64,000 bases of DNA from a virus. The stretch lies in the IMG/VR virus record IMGVR_UViG_3300005805_000048. One strand, written 5' to 3'. Each line of letters starts with the position of its first letter. Position 1 is the stretch's first letter. Both the position numbers and the translations under genes were made by a program. Shown here piece after piece: positions 40,467 to 51,718 of the stretch. The notes beneath the pieces are model-generated. The model saw nothing but the letters and a program-made list of their open reading frames with translations, was not told the origin of the DNA and did no database searches.

Positions 40467-41378
40467 ATGATACTGGGTGATTTATCCTTATCTGATTTAA
40501 AATACCATCAGATATATCCTCATATTTTTGTATATAAAAATTTATTTCCCGATCATGAAAAACTGCACGGGATTTTGCACGAATCATCCAGCCATGGCAA
40601 CGGAGAGTTTTTGATTGGCGAATGGAAGCCGTGGTTTATTTTTGGTTCTTACGCCGATCAAAAGCATATAGAGCTTACAAATCACCCAATAGATTATGAA
40701 ATACTACAAAAAAGTATGAGACTTGATGGTCTATTTAATTCTGAATTGTATCTTTCTTTCAGGATTAACGGATCTGTTTTTCAGGCTTTAACACATTACG
40801 CTGGCGTAAATAAAATCAAGTTGCCACCCAAGTCCTTTATAGCAAAACCAAACTATGCTAAGTATGTATGCGATGTGAATATAGGTCATAGGGGTTCCCA
40901 GGAACTAACAATGAACTACCATACCGACTATGCAATTGGAGAATGGTTCTGGGAAAATCAAAACTTTTTAGTTACTGCGACAACATATATGAATGATAAT
41001 TATGATGGTGGTGAAATATCTTTTTTTGTTAATGGAGATATAATCACATATAAACCTGAGGCAGGAGACGTATTGGTTTTCCCCTCTGGCTCACCACTGT
41101 ATGCTCCAAGTAACAGTCCATACTTTCATGGTGTATATAAAGTAACAAGCGGATCAAAATACTTGATAAGAAGTTATATACGATATCCACAAGCAGGAAA
41201 TTACCTTTGGCATAAGAATTTGGAAAAACACGGTGAAAGTCAGTGGAGGAAAATCGCACATGAAATGTCTAAGGGCCACAATTCACTAGCTTTTGAATAC
41301 AACGATGATAAAGTAGAAAAAAGATATAAAAAAATAACTGTCTGGGAATCGCCTCTAGTTAATTTTTTATATAGATAA
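40467..41378 (+). CDS. 2OG-Fe(II) oxygenase-like protein
   Basis: NYHTDYA ... NDNYDGGEISFFVNGDIITYKPEAGDVLVFPS ... YFHGVYKV. Confidence 0.75.
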   Translation: MILGDLSLSDLKYHQIYPHIFVYKNLFPDHEKLHGILHESSSHGNGEFLIGEWKPWFIFGSYADQKHIELTNHPIDYEILQKSMRLDGLFNSELYLSFRINGSVFQALTHYAGVNKIKLPPKSFIAKPNYAKYVCDVNIGHRGSQELTMNYHTDYAIGEWFWENQNFLVTATTYMNDNYDGGEISFFVNGDIITYKPEAGDVLVFPSGSPLYAPSNSPYFHGVYKVTSGSKYLIRSYIRYPQAGNYLWHKNLEKHGESQWRKIAHEMSKGHNSLAFEYNDDKVEKRYKKITVWESPLVNFLYR

Positions 41379-41439
41379 GTATTTTTTTTAGTCTCGTTAC
41401 TATTAGACTATCCTAACAATCTAAAGGGGATTTTGTTAG

Positions 41440-44400
41440 ATGTCTAAATTTTCTTTGCGTAGGGGATGGTTTGTACTTCTTCCTCTTTTTTTAATTTCTG
41501 TTATATCATCTCTCTCTCCAGTTAAAGCCGCCGACGGTAATAAGCTTGTTTTTGCGTACCAGGAAGCTGTTGTATATCAAGAGGTAAATGTGCCCAATGA
41601 CTGGGCCAGTGCATCGAGTTTAACAGCCACCGTTTCTGCAGCTGAAGCCCAAGACTGGAAAGCCTCTTCAGACACACTTGCTGTAGCCATAAATCTATAC
41701 GGGCAAGGGGGCGGTCGGGATATACTCCCACAGCACTGGATACCTGACTCTTACGGATGGTGGAACATTTAATGATTATTCTCTTACGATTACTGCCGCA
41801 GCAGTAGGTTCTGGGTGGAGTAATGTAGCTAGTGTTAGATTGTCTTTGATCGGACAAGACGGTGAGTTTTGGGCAGGTAATTACGGAACACAAGTAGAAT
41901 CAGCTTCTCTTAAGCTTGACGGTACCGAACTGCTTTCTAATACCGAATTTGTTACCAACTCCGGATGGACTTCTTCCCTGGGTTGGCAGACATGTTCTGG
42001 TGGATCTGGATATCAACCATGTGTTGGTCTTACTGCGGTCCAAATAAATAACGCTACAACTACAACTACTTCGACAACAACAACCACAACGACAGTTCCT
42101 CCAGCTGGTCAGGGAACTGAAACAACAGAACAATTTGAGGGACCGGGTCCAGCAATCACTGGTCTCACGGTTCAAGTTGGCGGCAGTAGTTTAACAACGT
42201 CTAATCAAAGCGGTTGGCGCTACCAAAATATGGGGAATGGTTATGGCACTCAGGGCGTTGCAATCTACGCAGATTATCCATCGCAGCCATTAGTATTTAA
42301 CCTTCCCTCTACCCTTAACCCTCGTAGTTTTTATTTTAGAGTTGGTGCCAAAAACGGTGATGAAACAGGCTCCGTAACCTACGCCGATGGAACTACTGGA
42401 TCTTTCACCATAGGTAATTCAGTACTAACAGCGGACTGCTCTACTTGCCAAGCTCCTGGATATTATAAAGAAATTTATTTCAATGGTAACGGAAAAATAA
42501 TTACCAGCTTCTCATTACCTGCAGGTGGCGGAGACATTTATTTTGTAGACATGTTGCGCATAAGTGACTCTACATCAGTTGCAAGTGTCGTCGACCCTAA
42601 TCCAGCTGTGACTACCACTACTACGACAACCACAACAACCACAACAACTACTACTACAACTACGACTGTTCCACCATCTCCGACTGAATCGGTTGTTGCA
42701 CCATCGGACATAAGCACTACAGCTAGTCAAAATCAAATTGAACTAAGCAATGATTTTGAAGTATCGGGATTTTCTAGCAGCGCAAATTTATTAGTCAGCA
42801 TTACCGTTTCTGGATCAACGGCAGCAAAGATCAATCTACCAACTACTACAGGCTTGACTTTAGAATCAGGCTATACATCATGGACAAATACTGCACAAAT
42901 TAACTTTACCGGTAATCAAACAAACATCAATGCAGCCCTAGATGCAATGACTTTAAACTCTGGTTCTACAGCTGGATCAGCTAGTTTGATTATTGAAGTA
43001 TCAGAAAAAGTAAATAACACGGCGTTCTTTAATGGCCACCTTTATGAATTTGTTCCTGGAAATACAAGTTATTTAAATGCTAGAAGTGCTGCTCGCACAA
43101 GAACAATCAACGGAGTCAACGGATACCTGGTGACAATTACATCAGACGAAGAACACAACTTTGTACTCAGTAAAATCCAAGGCGCGTACAACATCTGGAT
43201 AGCGCTTTCCGACAGGGCAGTAGAGGGTGACTGGGTCTTGGATCCGTACGATGGCTCACCAGAACAAGGAACGCTTGTATGGCGTGGTCTTTCAAATGGT
43301 TCTGCTCAGGGTGGAAATTACGCCAAGTGGTGTGGTGGTGAACCGAATAACTCGGGCAATGAAGACGCTGCCGTAACAAAATGGGGTGGCGGTAATTGCT
43401 GGAATGATCTCCCCGATTCCTATTCAAGCGTCGGCGGATATGTTGCTGAATACAATATGCCTTCAAGCGTAGTTGTTAGTGACTCAATGAATATAACAGT
43501 TGCGCCAGCACCGACCACTACCACTACCACTACAACCACAATCGCTCCGTACTTTAATGCGGTTCAAGATCTTACTGGAACAGCAAATCAAAATGGTAGC
43601 GTCTCACTAGATTGGGGTGTTCCTAGCTCAGGAAATCTTTCTCCATATATGTATGATGTCAGTTGGTTTGACCTCAACGGCAACACTGAATCTGGTGGCT
43701 GGGGGGTTTGGACGTATGCCACAAATACAAGTTATGTAGTTGGGTCATTTCAATTTCCCAATACCACCGGATATGGGCCGGTAAGGTTCAAGGTTCGCGC
43801 AGGAAACGCTGCTTGTGTTGGTGAGGGTTCAGGTTCGTGTGTTTATGGCCCGTACGCATCTGTAGATGTCACAGTGTTGGACCCGACTTCAGCTACCACA
43901 ACAACTACAACAACTGTTTATGTTCCATCTGTAACTACAACAACTCAACCAGAGCAAGAACAAGAGCCTCAAGAAACAACAACTACGACTGTGCCAGAAG
44001 AGGACACTACAACTACTACTCAACCCGAAGAAGAAACTACTACTACTGTTCCTGGTGACGACGAAGAATCTCAACCTCAGGAGCCTGAAACAACTCCGAC
44101 GACTCTTCCTGATGAGCAAATAGAACAGCCAGAAGAAGAACAACAGCCAGAAGAAATGACCCCAGAGCAAACGACAGAAGAAGGTACACCATCACAAGAT
44201 GAGATAGTAATAGAAGAAGACGCCACAACGGAGGAAATTTTAGACGCAATACAGGAAGCCGCACCTGAGCAGATTGCAGAGGTGTTATCAGAACTTGATG
44301 CTGAAACTGCAGCGGAGATATTAGACGAGCTACCCGCAGAACAATTGACAGAAGTTATTGAGAACATAGAAACAGAACAACTTACAGAAGTATTAAATGA

Positions 44401-45232
44401 ATTGTCAGAAGAACAGGCAGCAGAGCTTATTGAATCCGTAGAAACCGCGGAAGCTCTTGAAAATATAATTGAAGCTATATCTACAAATGAAGATGAGCCA
44501 ATCGAGGCTGCTGTAGCTGTTGCTATTATTTTAAATGAGAGCTTTTCCAATATAACAGTAGAAGCAGCGGCAGAAGTATTTGCTAATGTTGATCCAGGTT
44601 CATTTAGCGAAGAACAAAAGTCTGAATTGTCCGCAGCTTTGACCGAGGCACCAGCAGAAATTAAAGAAGCCTTTGAAGAAGAAATTAACATATACGCAGA
44701 GGGCTTTGATGAGTACGTGCCAAACGGTTCTACAGTCGATGTAGGGGCTCGTAGAACGCTTATAGCAGCAACCGCCGTGCTTTCTACCATAGCCGTAGCC
44801 GGAGCCACTGGAGGCCTTTCTGGAGGCTCTGGGGGCCCTTCTGGTGGTGGTCCTGGAGGTGGTGGTGGATCTAGCGGATCATCTCCCAGCTCCGGCACAA
44901 ATGATGCTGCCAGAAGAGAGGAAGAACTAGAAGAAGAGGAAGAGGCTGGAGGTATAGAGGGTCCAGAAGGCGATGATGAAGATATTTATTTAACAAGAAA
45001 CAGTATATTTAGTTACTATATGCAAGGGGGTATAGAAATGAAGAAAATGAATTGGTTTGGTTTAGGTAAGAAAGTTTGGGAAACCACAGCTGGATTAGCG
45101 TTTACCTTAGCCGGAAGCTTTGTAATGTTTGTTACATTGTCCGGTGAAACCAGAAAGATGGCCATCATAGCTACAGCCGTAGCTCTTGGTGTTCATTATG
45201 TTCATGAGATTCTAAAAAATGACGAAGAATAA
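41440..45232 (+). CDS. Giant surface protein: signal peptide, C-type-lectin domain, Thr-rich linkers, acidic region, C-terminal TM; joined across a +1 shift at CGG 41716-41718 (..NLYGQGGG-[CGGG=G]-IYSHSTGYLTLTDGGTF..)
   Basis: ORFs 41440..41772 and 41840..45232 join in the +1 frame with continuous open sequence. CTL-type signature NGHLYEFV...GNYAKWCGGEPNNSGNEDAAV...CWNDLP; TTTTTTTTTT linkers. Length 3793 = 3n+1, 1263 aa. Confidence 0.8.
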
Positions 45233-45255
45233 AATTTTAGTTAAGGATAAAAATA

Positions 45256-45417
45256 GTGAGCAGAATACTTTCCCAAAATAAATCAGATGAAAAAATCAAC
45301 GCAGTTAAGGTATCAATAAAAAATTTTTTATCAGAAGTATCCAAGCGAAGTGATAATAAATTTAGCGGAGAAGAAGTAGAAAACATTCTTTTAGATATTT
45401 ACAATGTAGCAAGTTGA
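45256..45417 (+). CDS. Small hypothetical protein
   Basis: 53 aa ORF with GTG start. Confidence 0.35.
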   Translation: MSRILSQNKSDEKINAVKVSIKNFLSEVSKRSDNKFSGEEVENILLDIYNVAS

Positions 45418-46058
45418 TGCATCTCGAGCCGCCTCAGTCCTCCTACGACCGTCTTGTAGGTGTTAACAGACATAGGGTTGTTTTAGAGAATAAAAAATAC
45501 TTTCATATTGATGGATTTCCTAGACAGGGTAACAATACTTTAAGGGATGTATTATTCAGGTTGTACCCCGCTATGTGTCTCATGGAACCGCTTCAGCATA
45601 ACCCGAACAAAACACAGGCGGCGATTGACAAGGGCGATTGTGTTATATGCACAATTCGAAATCCTATAGACTGCGTAACGTCCTTTGTTAGCATGAGTCA
45701 AAGAGAGCATGAAGATTGGTTTCCGCAACAGCTTGAAGAGATATTCGATTTATATTACAGATATTGTTTATGTATAGTGAAAAACTACTCCAAAATTATT
45801 GTTGTAGATTTTGAAAAAACAAAAAAGCTATACCACGATTACATCACCAGCAATGAAGAAAATAATGACACTTTAAAATTGATATCAAAAAAATATTCTA
45901 TACAAACTTCTTTGATTAAAAATAAAAATATTAAAAATTCAGAAATTATTCCGAAAAGTACCTATAGTTATAGTGTCAAGAATCAACTATATACTGATTC
46001 GTATTTTTTAGATAATATAGAACACTTAGTTGATATCTATAAAAAAATTATAAAATAA
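45417..46058 (+). CDS. Sulfotransferase-like protein
   Basis: HIDGFPRQGNNTLRDVLF (P-loop-like), ICTIRNPIDCVTSFVSM, IIVVDFEK. Confidence 0.65.
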   Translation: MHLEPPQSSYDRLVGVNRHRVVLENKKYFHIDGFPRQGNNTLRDVLFRLYPAMCLMEPLQHNPNKTQAAIDKGDCVICTIRNPIDCVTSFVSMSQREHEDWFPQQLEEIFDLYYRYCLCIVKNYSKIIVVDFEKTKKLYHDYITSNEENNDTLKLISKKYSIQTSLIKNKNIKNSEIIPKSTYSYSVKNQLYTDSYFLDNIEHLVDIYKKIIK

Positions 46059-46060
46059 TA

Positions 46061-46820
46061 TTACTTAATATTTTTTCCAATATTGTATATATATTTTTGT
46101 GATCCGTGATTAACAAAATAATTTATTTTGCCACGCTTTATCCCAACCCAAAGACCTTTTAATCTATCTGTTAGCATTTGAAGCGGTGTTAGCTTTTTTA
46201 ACCAACCATTATGGTCCATATAAAAAGATTGGCCGATGTGGGCATAAGGCCAAAGTGGAACTCTGGTAACTATATCAACGTTATTAACCCACCTACCTCC
46301 CGGTATGCAGAGTTCCTTAGCAAAAAAGGAAAAACGCCTGTTGCCAACCTTTGGTGAACCATAAGTGTATAGGCCAGATGGTTGAGGTGTTTCAGATATT
46401 CTAGAGCATCTAACAGCTGCTAATGTAGCCATAGCAGCACCCAAACTGTGTCCAGTAAAATACACATCTTTTCTATTCTTTGCCTTAGTCAAAGTACTAA
46501 AGATATCTGGCCATATTTCGTTTAAGGCTTCTTTAAATCCGCTATGCACTTTCCCAATACCCGACGTGCTGGGAACAAGGTTTAGTTTTATATCACTAAT
46601 AATATCCTTGAATTCACCAGGTTCTGTTCCGTCTAAAGGCAACAACTATTTCTTTTTCATTTTGTAGCAAGTAGGCTTGAGAGCCGTCGTGATCAAAGTA
46701 CTCAGATTTAAACCCCATCGCACTGTAGATCTCTTTGGCTTCCTTTGGTTTTTTATATGCCGTAGCGCTGACGTTGGCAAAAAATAAGCTCTTTTCAAGA
46801 AAAGATAAATTATTGATCAT
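46061..46820 (-). CDS. Class 3 lipase, joined across a +1 shift at CGG (minus strand) 46631-46629 (..NEKEIVVAFR-[CGGA=G]-TEPGEFKD..)
   Basis: Canonical lipase_3 FRGTE reassembled by the join; catalytic GHSLGAAMA; IVTRVP. Length 760 = 3n+1. Confidence 0.9.
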
Positions 46821-47082
46821 CTTTTTCGAGATCTTTATCTTCTTTATTTCTACCGGTTGAAATCATTAAACCGGCTAGTGTTCCAGTAATAAATGTCGCT
46901 ACTGAAGAAAGAACTCCAAAAAACATTTTGTCATTTTCAGCCTGTGCTCCTATTGGCTGCGTGACAAAAACCAAAGCGTAAAGCACTCCAGCCGTAGTAA
47001 TAGTCAGCACTCCAGCTAGCACACAGCCAACTACAAATTTTAGGCGTGCGTCAAGCTCTTCTGGTGTCAATCTTTTTTTCAT
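46810..47082 (-). CDS. Small two-TM protein
   Basis: MKKRLTPEELDARLKFVVGCVLAGVLTITTAGVLYALVFVTQPIG...FFGVLSSVATFITGTLAGLMIS. Confidence 0.55.
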   Translation of the reverse strand: MKKRLTPEELDARLKFVVGCVLAGVLTITTAGVLYALVFVTQPIGAQAENDKMFFGVLSSVATFITGTLAGLMISTGRNKEDKDLEKDDQ

Positions 47083-47288
47083 GGTTGATCCCCTTCTGTC
47101 TTGTCCACCGCTTCTTTTGGATCGAAACCTAACAAGTTTTCCGTACACATTCCATCTACTAGGCATACTGGTGGATTACATTCCTCATCTTCCCAATTTG
47201 CGGGATCTTGACATTCGTAACGATAATGTCCATCGTAACCACATCCAGACAAAACTAAAATAGCCACCGCTACTAGCGCTCTTTTCAT
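47079..47288 (-). CDS. Small putative lipoprotein
   Basis: MKRALVAVAILVLSGCGYDG lipobox-like. Confidence 0.6.
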   Translation of the reverse strand: MKRALVAVAILVLSGCGYDGHYRYECQDPANWEDEECNPPVCLVDGMCTENLLGFDPKEAVDKTEGDQP

Positions 47289-47584
47289 TCTGCATCAGCG
47301 GCTTTCTTTGCCTTCTTGTCGACTTTGTTAAAGACGGCATTTATTTCAGCAACAGAGAGTTTTCCATCATCCAAGAACGCACGTGAAAGCCCCTCTACTA
47401 CTGTAGCTACGCCGGCTATGCCGGCCATAAATACGGCCTTCCAAATGGGTACTCCGGCGATAGTTCCAGCACCGATTACGCCTAAACCAGAGGCTGCAAA
47501 CGTAGCAAGTATTCTTAATAAAATATTCTTTAATTGTTCCATTTTAAAATATCCTCCACAAGTTAAGGATAATAGTAACTTCAC
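47285..47584 (-). CDS. Small membrane protein (holin-like)
   Basis: ILLRILATFAASGLGVIGAGTIAGVPIWKAVFMAGIAGVATVVEGLSRAFLDDGKLS. Confidence 0.6.
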   Translation of the reverse strand: MKLLLSLTCGGYFKMEQLKNILLRILATFAASGLGVIGAGTIAGVPIWKAVFMAGIAGVATVVEGLSRAFLDDGKLSVAEINAVFNKVDKKAKKAADAE

Positions 47585-47623
47585 CTGCTATAATTACTAT
47601 GAACGCCAAATGAGGTATGTTTT

Positions 47624-48799
47624 ATGAAGAAGAAATTAGTAATAGTTGGCAGGGGGACGGCTGGCTCATTATCTGCAGCTCATATTTCTAGGTGGATGGC
47701 AGATCATGAGGTTGAATGGCATTTCGACCCTAATATTTCTCCCCAAGCCGTTGGGGAAGGGTCTACAGTTGAGCTGCCAAAGAGTCTATACGAGGACGTT
47801 TATTTTAGACACGAGGATTTGACTAAGATAGATGGTAGTTTTAAATCTGGTATTTATAAAAAGAATTGGGGTAAAAACGGCAATGAGTATATTCATGGTT
47901 TTATTCCGTATCGCATATCTTATCATTTTAATGCGCTGAAGCTACAAGACTATATTTTTAATAAGCTAAAAAACAAAATAAAAATTGTAGAAGTTAACCA
48001 TGAAGATAGCAGCATTATAGACGCAGACCATGTTCTTGACTGTTCGGGTAGACCAAGAAGTTATGAAAAGCATAACGTGTCGCCATATATACCAGTCAAC
48101 TCTGTTTATGTTACCCAGTGTTACTGGGACTATGCGCGCTTTCAGTACACTTTAACAATAGCTAGACCTTACGGGTGGATATTTGGTATACCTCTTCAGA
48201 ATAGGTGTTCGATAGGTTATCTGTTCAATAAAGATATTAATTCATTAGATGAAATAAAAGAAGATGTAAAAAATATTTTTGAGGAATATAACCTTACGCC
48301 CAGTAACCACACGAATCATTTCAACTTCGATAGTTATACGAGAAAAGAAAACTTTACAGAAAAAATAGCGTACAATGGTAACGCTTCATTTTTTCTTGAG
48401 CCCCTTGAAGCAACCTCTATAGGTGTAATTGATAGGATCAATAGATTAAGTCACTGGTTGTGGACCGACAGAAGCACTGTTGCGGAAGCGAACTTTGAGT
48501 ATGAAAAATACCTTAGAGAAGCGGAGGCGGTCATAATGCTTCACTATTTTTCGGATTCGGTTTTTGATACCGAATTTTGGGATTATGCAAAAGACCGTGG
48601 TGAACAATGTATATCTAATCAGATAAAGAATAGTGAAAAGTTTAAAAAAATTATGAAGTACTGTTTGGATCAAAAAGATAGGTGGCAGGATCTTTCGCTT
48701 CATCACGATGCTTTGCCTGAGCACAGCGAGATTTGGTCGACCCCTTCTTACATTCAAAACTTTTATGAACTTGAAATACAAAAAAAGTTGGTGATTTAA
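47624..48799 (+). CDS. Flavin-dependent (tryptophan-type) halogenase-like protein
   Basis: KLVIVGRGTAGSLSAA, VGEGSTVEL, DCSGRPR, FFLEPLEATSIGVI. Confidence 0.75.
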   Translation: MKKKLVIVGRGTAGSLSAAHISRWMADHEVEWHFDPNISPQAVGEGSTVELPKSLYEDVYFRHEDLTKIDGSFKSGIYKKNWGKNGNEYIHGFIPYRISYHFNALKLQDYIFNKLKNKIKIVEVNHEDSSIIDADHVLDCSGRPRSYEKHNVSPYIPVNSVYVTQCYWDYARFQYTLTIARPYGWIFGIPLQNRCSIGYLFNKDINSLDEIKEDVKNIFEEYNLTPSNHTNHFNFDSYTRKENFTEKIAYNGNASFFLEPLEATSIGVIDRINRLSHWLWTDRSTVAEANFEYEKYLREAEAVIMLHYFSDSVFDTEFWDYAKDRGEQCISNQIKNSEKFKKIMKYCLDQKDRWQDLSLHHDALPEHSEIWSTPSYIQNFYELEIQKKLVI

Positions 48800-48800
48800 T

Positions 48801-49001
48801 TTGAATCACAGGTATGAATCAAAAACAAGAAAAGAAAATAGAAAACTGTTAACAGAATACTGGGAAGCGCGTGGGGTTATTTTTGCTAAAGGCGAAACCA
48901 TTGACGACTGCATCGTTGTTCCGGGTGATAAAACAGACTGGCTTTTTTACCCGGCTTTTAAATGGATTAAAGAAAAAATAAAACATGTTAAAACCAAATG
49001 A
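48801..49001 (+). CDS. Small hypothetical protein
   Basis: 66 aa ORF. Confidence 0.4.
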   Translation: MNHRYESKTRKENRKLLTEYWEARGVIFAKGETIDDCIVVPGDKTDWLFYPAFKWIKEKIKHVKTK

Positions 49002-49269
49002 TATACTTACAATCTCTAAACAGTTTTTCACCAAAAAGTACTGGAGTAGAGTAAATGCTGTAGAAGCTTGGGCTTTTGGAACAAAACTTTCGATAATTAT
49101 TCCTGGATTATTGTTTGATAAACAATGGTGGTGGCTCTACATCTTTGCACTAGTCTCAAGCCTGGCTCTTATCCTGACATCAACAATAAAAACTCTTCCG
49201 ACTATCATATGGTTTAATGTTGCTTGGGTTTTATTGGCGACAACAGCAATAATAAAGCATTTTGTATAA
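48985..49269 (+). CDS. Small membrane protein
   Basis: 94 aa with two to three hydrophobic segments. Confidence 0.5.
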   Translation: MLKPNDILTISKQFFTKKYWSRVNAVEAWAFGTKLSIIIPGLLFDKQWWWLYIFALVSSLALILTSTIKTLPTIIWFNVAWVLLATTAIIKHFV

Positions 49270-49274
49270 CTCAA

Positions 49275-50700
49275 ATGATAATTCGGGATTAATGAAACTT
49301 CTCATGATGCAGCAGTTGCGCTTATAAATGACGGAAATATCCTTTTTTCCGGACATGCTGAACGATTTAGTAAAAGAAAAAATGATTGGTATAATAATAA
49401 AGAAATTTTCAATTACATATCACGATATGGCGTACCATCTGAAGTAGCCTACTATGAAAAACCACTGCTTAAAAAAAGCAGGTTGCTTTTAACTGGTAAA
49501 AGCTCCGATTGGAAACCCAAAAATATTCCCGATTTACCGGTCACCTATTACAGTCACCACTACTCGCACGCCGCCGCAGGATATTACACTAGCACTTTCT
49601 ACGACGCCGTTATAGTCGTATTAGATGCTATAGGTGAATGGAACACGTCTTCAATTTGGACTGGCGTTGGTGAAAATATCCACTGTGTGGAAAAAATAAA
49701 TTATCCATTTAGCTTTGGTTTGTTTTATTCTGCTTTTACTCATCTAGTCGGATTAAAACCAAATGAAGAAGAATATATTTTCATGGGTATGTCTGCTTAC
49801 GGTAATCCCGATAAGTATAAAAAACTTATTGAAAACTACTTTCCTTCAATCGAAAAACAAAAATATAACTTTCATCATGGGATTACGGATTGGCCGCATA
49901 ACATTTCCGAGAAAGATAAATTTGATATAGCCGCAGGTGCACAGGAGGTATATTCTGAAAGATTGATTGAGTTTATGTCCTATGCAAAAAATAAGACTGG
50001 CAAAAATAATCTGGTGTTTATGGGGGGCTGTGCATTAAACTGCTCCGCAAATACTAAGTTGTGGGATTTATTTGATGACATATGGATTATGCCAAACCCG
50101 GGAGACGCCGGCTCTTCTTTGGGCGCAGCTGCAGCCCTATATGGTAGGCATCTAAAGTGGGAGCATCCGTACTTGGGCTACGATATGGATAATCAATATC
50201 CAACTGATCAAATACTATCCACTTTAGCGGCTAAAGATATAGCACCTGTTGCGGCGGGAAGAGCCGAATACGGACCAAGAGCTTTGGGCAATAGAAGTAT
50301 TTTTGCAGACCCCAGAAAAAAAGACATTAAAAATAAAGTAAATGAACTAAAGGGAAGAGAGTTATTTAGACCATTTGCTCCAGTTATTTTAGAGGAGCAT
50401 GCTGAAGAATGGTTCGACATGCCATGCCAAAGCAGCCCCTACATGCAATATGCCGTAACATGCAAGAAGCCCGATCTTGTTCCAGCGGTAGTCCATGTTG
50501 ATGGCACTTCTCGAGTACAAACCGTAAACAAAAAACAACATAAAGAATTACACGGGCTTTTGACTGAATGGTATTTATTATCTGGAGTCCCTATATTATT
50601 AAATACAAGCTTAAACATAAAAGGTCAACCACTTTTAAACGATGAAAATGATATACTATTATGGAATAAAACCCACGATAAAAATAAAATTATAATGTAG
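49275..50700 (+). CDS. NodU/CmcH-type carbamoyltransferase, joined across a +1 shift at CGG 49284-49286 (MII-[CGGG=G]-INETSHDAAVALINDGNILFSGHAERFSKRK..)
   Basis: Family N-terminus G-INETSHDAAVALI is only reached in the +1 frame; C-terminal GPRALGNRSIFADPRKKDIKNKVN, LNTSLNIKGQP. Length 1426 = 3n+1. Confidence 0.9.
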
Positions 50701-50710
50701 GAATTTAAAT

Positions 50711-51718
50711 ATGATTTACAATTCTAGTAGACACAATATAGATTTCAATACATTATATGATGTAAACGATGAAAGAGATCATCCATCTAAGCCAGACAGG
50801 GAGTATTGGGTTCCGTCTCTTTATTCGTATGATAGAAATATCTATGGATTTAGATCAGAAAATTTTCATCGCTACACTGATTTGGTAACGCTGGGCTGCT
50901 CTCAGGGTTTTGGTGTAGGGCTTCCAGTTGAGTATACATGGCCATCAATTGTAGCTAAACATTTGCGAGTTAGAAGTCACGCCAATTTGAGTCTACCCGG
51001 CTGTAGTATTTTTACGCAGGTAAGACTTTTTGCAAACTTTATTAATAAGTACGGACCACCAAAGGTTGCTCTAGCTACATTTCCAGATTATCGTAGATAT
51101 GAGTATGTTAAAAGAGACGGAGAAATTGTTGATGGAAATTGCGACCTCAAACAAGCAGGACCAACAGACGTTTCCCAGCATGAGTCATACGCATCGTGGC
51201 TTAATCTTCAGGCTCTAAACTTTTTAGAAGCAATATGCTCCACTAATAGAATAAAGCTTGGTTGGCAGTTTTGGACTAACTCAGATCCATTTTGGCTTGA
51301 TGAAAAATTAATTCTTAAAAATGGTGAAAAAAAAGAAATACTCGATAAAAATAAATTTAAAAATTATATTGATTTAGTTTCCTCTAGAGTTACTGGCCAC
51401 GATGCTTTAAATTTTAAAACATGGATGTTCCCTAAAATGGAACACTGGCTGTACAACCATGAGAATAAAAGAATAGAGTGTCAAGACATAAGAGCACTAC
51501 CCACTTGCTGCAAAGATCTAGAAGAAGAGACGTTAGATTTTTTCCACTTTGCCTATGATAGATATAGAGTTCCTCATCAGTTTCAGAGTGTAAAAATTAC
51601 CATGGAAAAGTTTTTGGAAATATCTCCTAAAACTACAAACAAAAACATAGCTGAAACCACACACCATGGCTCTCATTGGCAGTTTCATTGGGCGCAAAGT
51701 TTAATTCAGGGTTTCTAA
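50711..51718 (+). CDS. SGNH-hydrolase-like protein, paralogue A
   Basis: LVTLGCSQGFGVGLPVEYTWPSIVAKHL; closely resembles the next ORF. Confidence 0.55.
   Translation: MIYNSSRHNIDFNTLYDVNDERDHPSKPDREYWVPSLYSYDRNIYGFRSENFHRYTDLVTLGCSQGFGVGLPVEYTWPSIVAKHLRVRSHANLSLPGCSIFTQVRLFANFINKYGPPKVALATFPDYRRYEYVKRDGEIVDGNCDLKQAGPTDVSQHESYASWLNLQALNFLEAICSTNRIKLGWQFWTNSDPFWLDEKLILKNGEKKEILDKNKFKNYIDLVSSRVTGHDALNFKTWMFPKMEHWLYNHENKRIECQDIRALPTCCKDLEEETLDFFHFAYDRYRVPHQFQSVKITMEKFLEISPKTTNKNIAETTHHGSHWQFHWAQSLIQGF

Noticed and set aside
42600-42680. Threonine-codon repeats (act/aca)n considered as a CRISPR-like or regulatory repeat
   Set aside because: They are in-frame poly-Thr linkers in the surface protein, with no spacer structure.
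43900-44898. Long minus-strand ORFs opposite the giant surface protein (e.g. 44077..44898)
   Set aside because: Antisense ORFs caused by low-complexity, codon-biased repeats; the plus-strand frame has a signal peptide, domains and a TM anchor.
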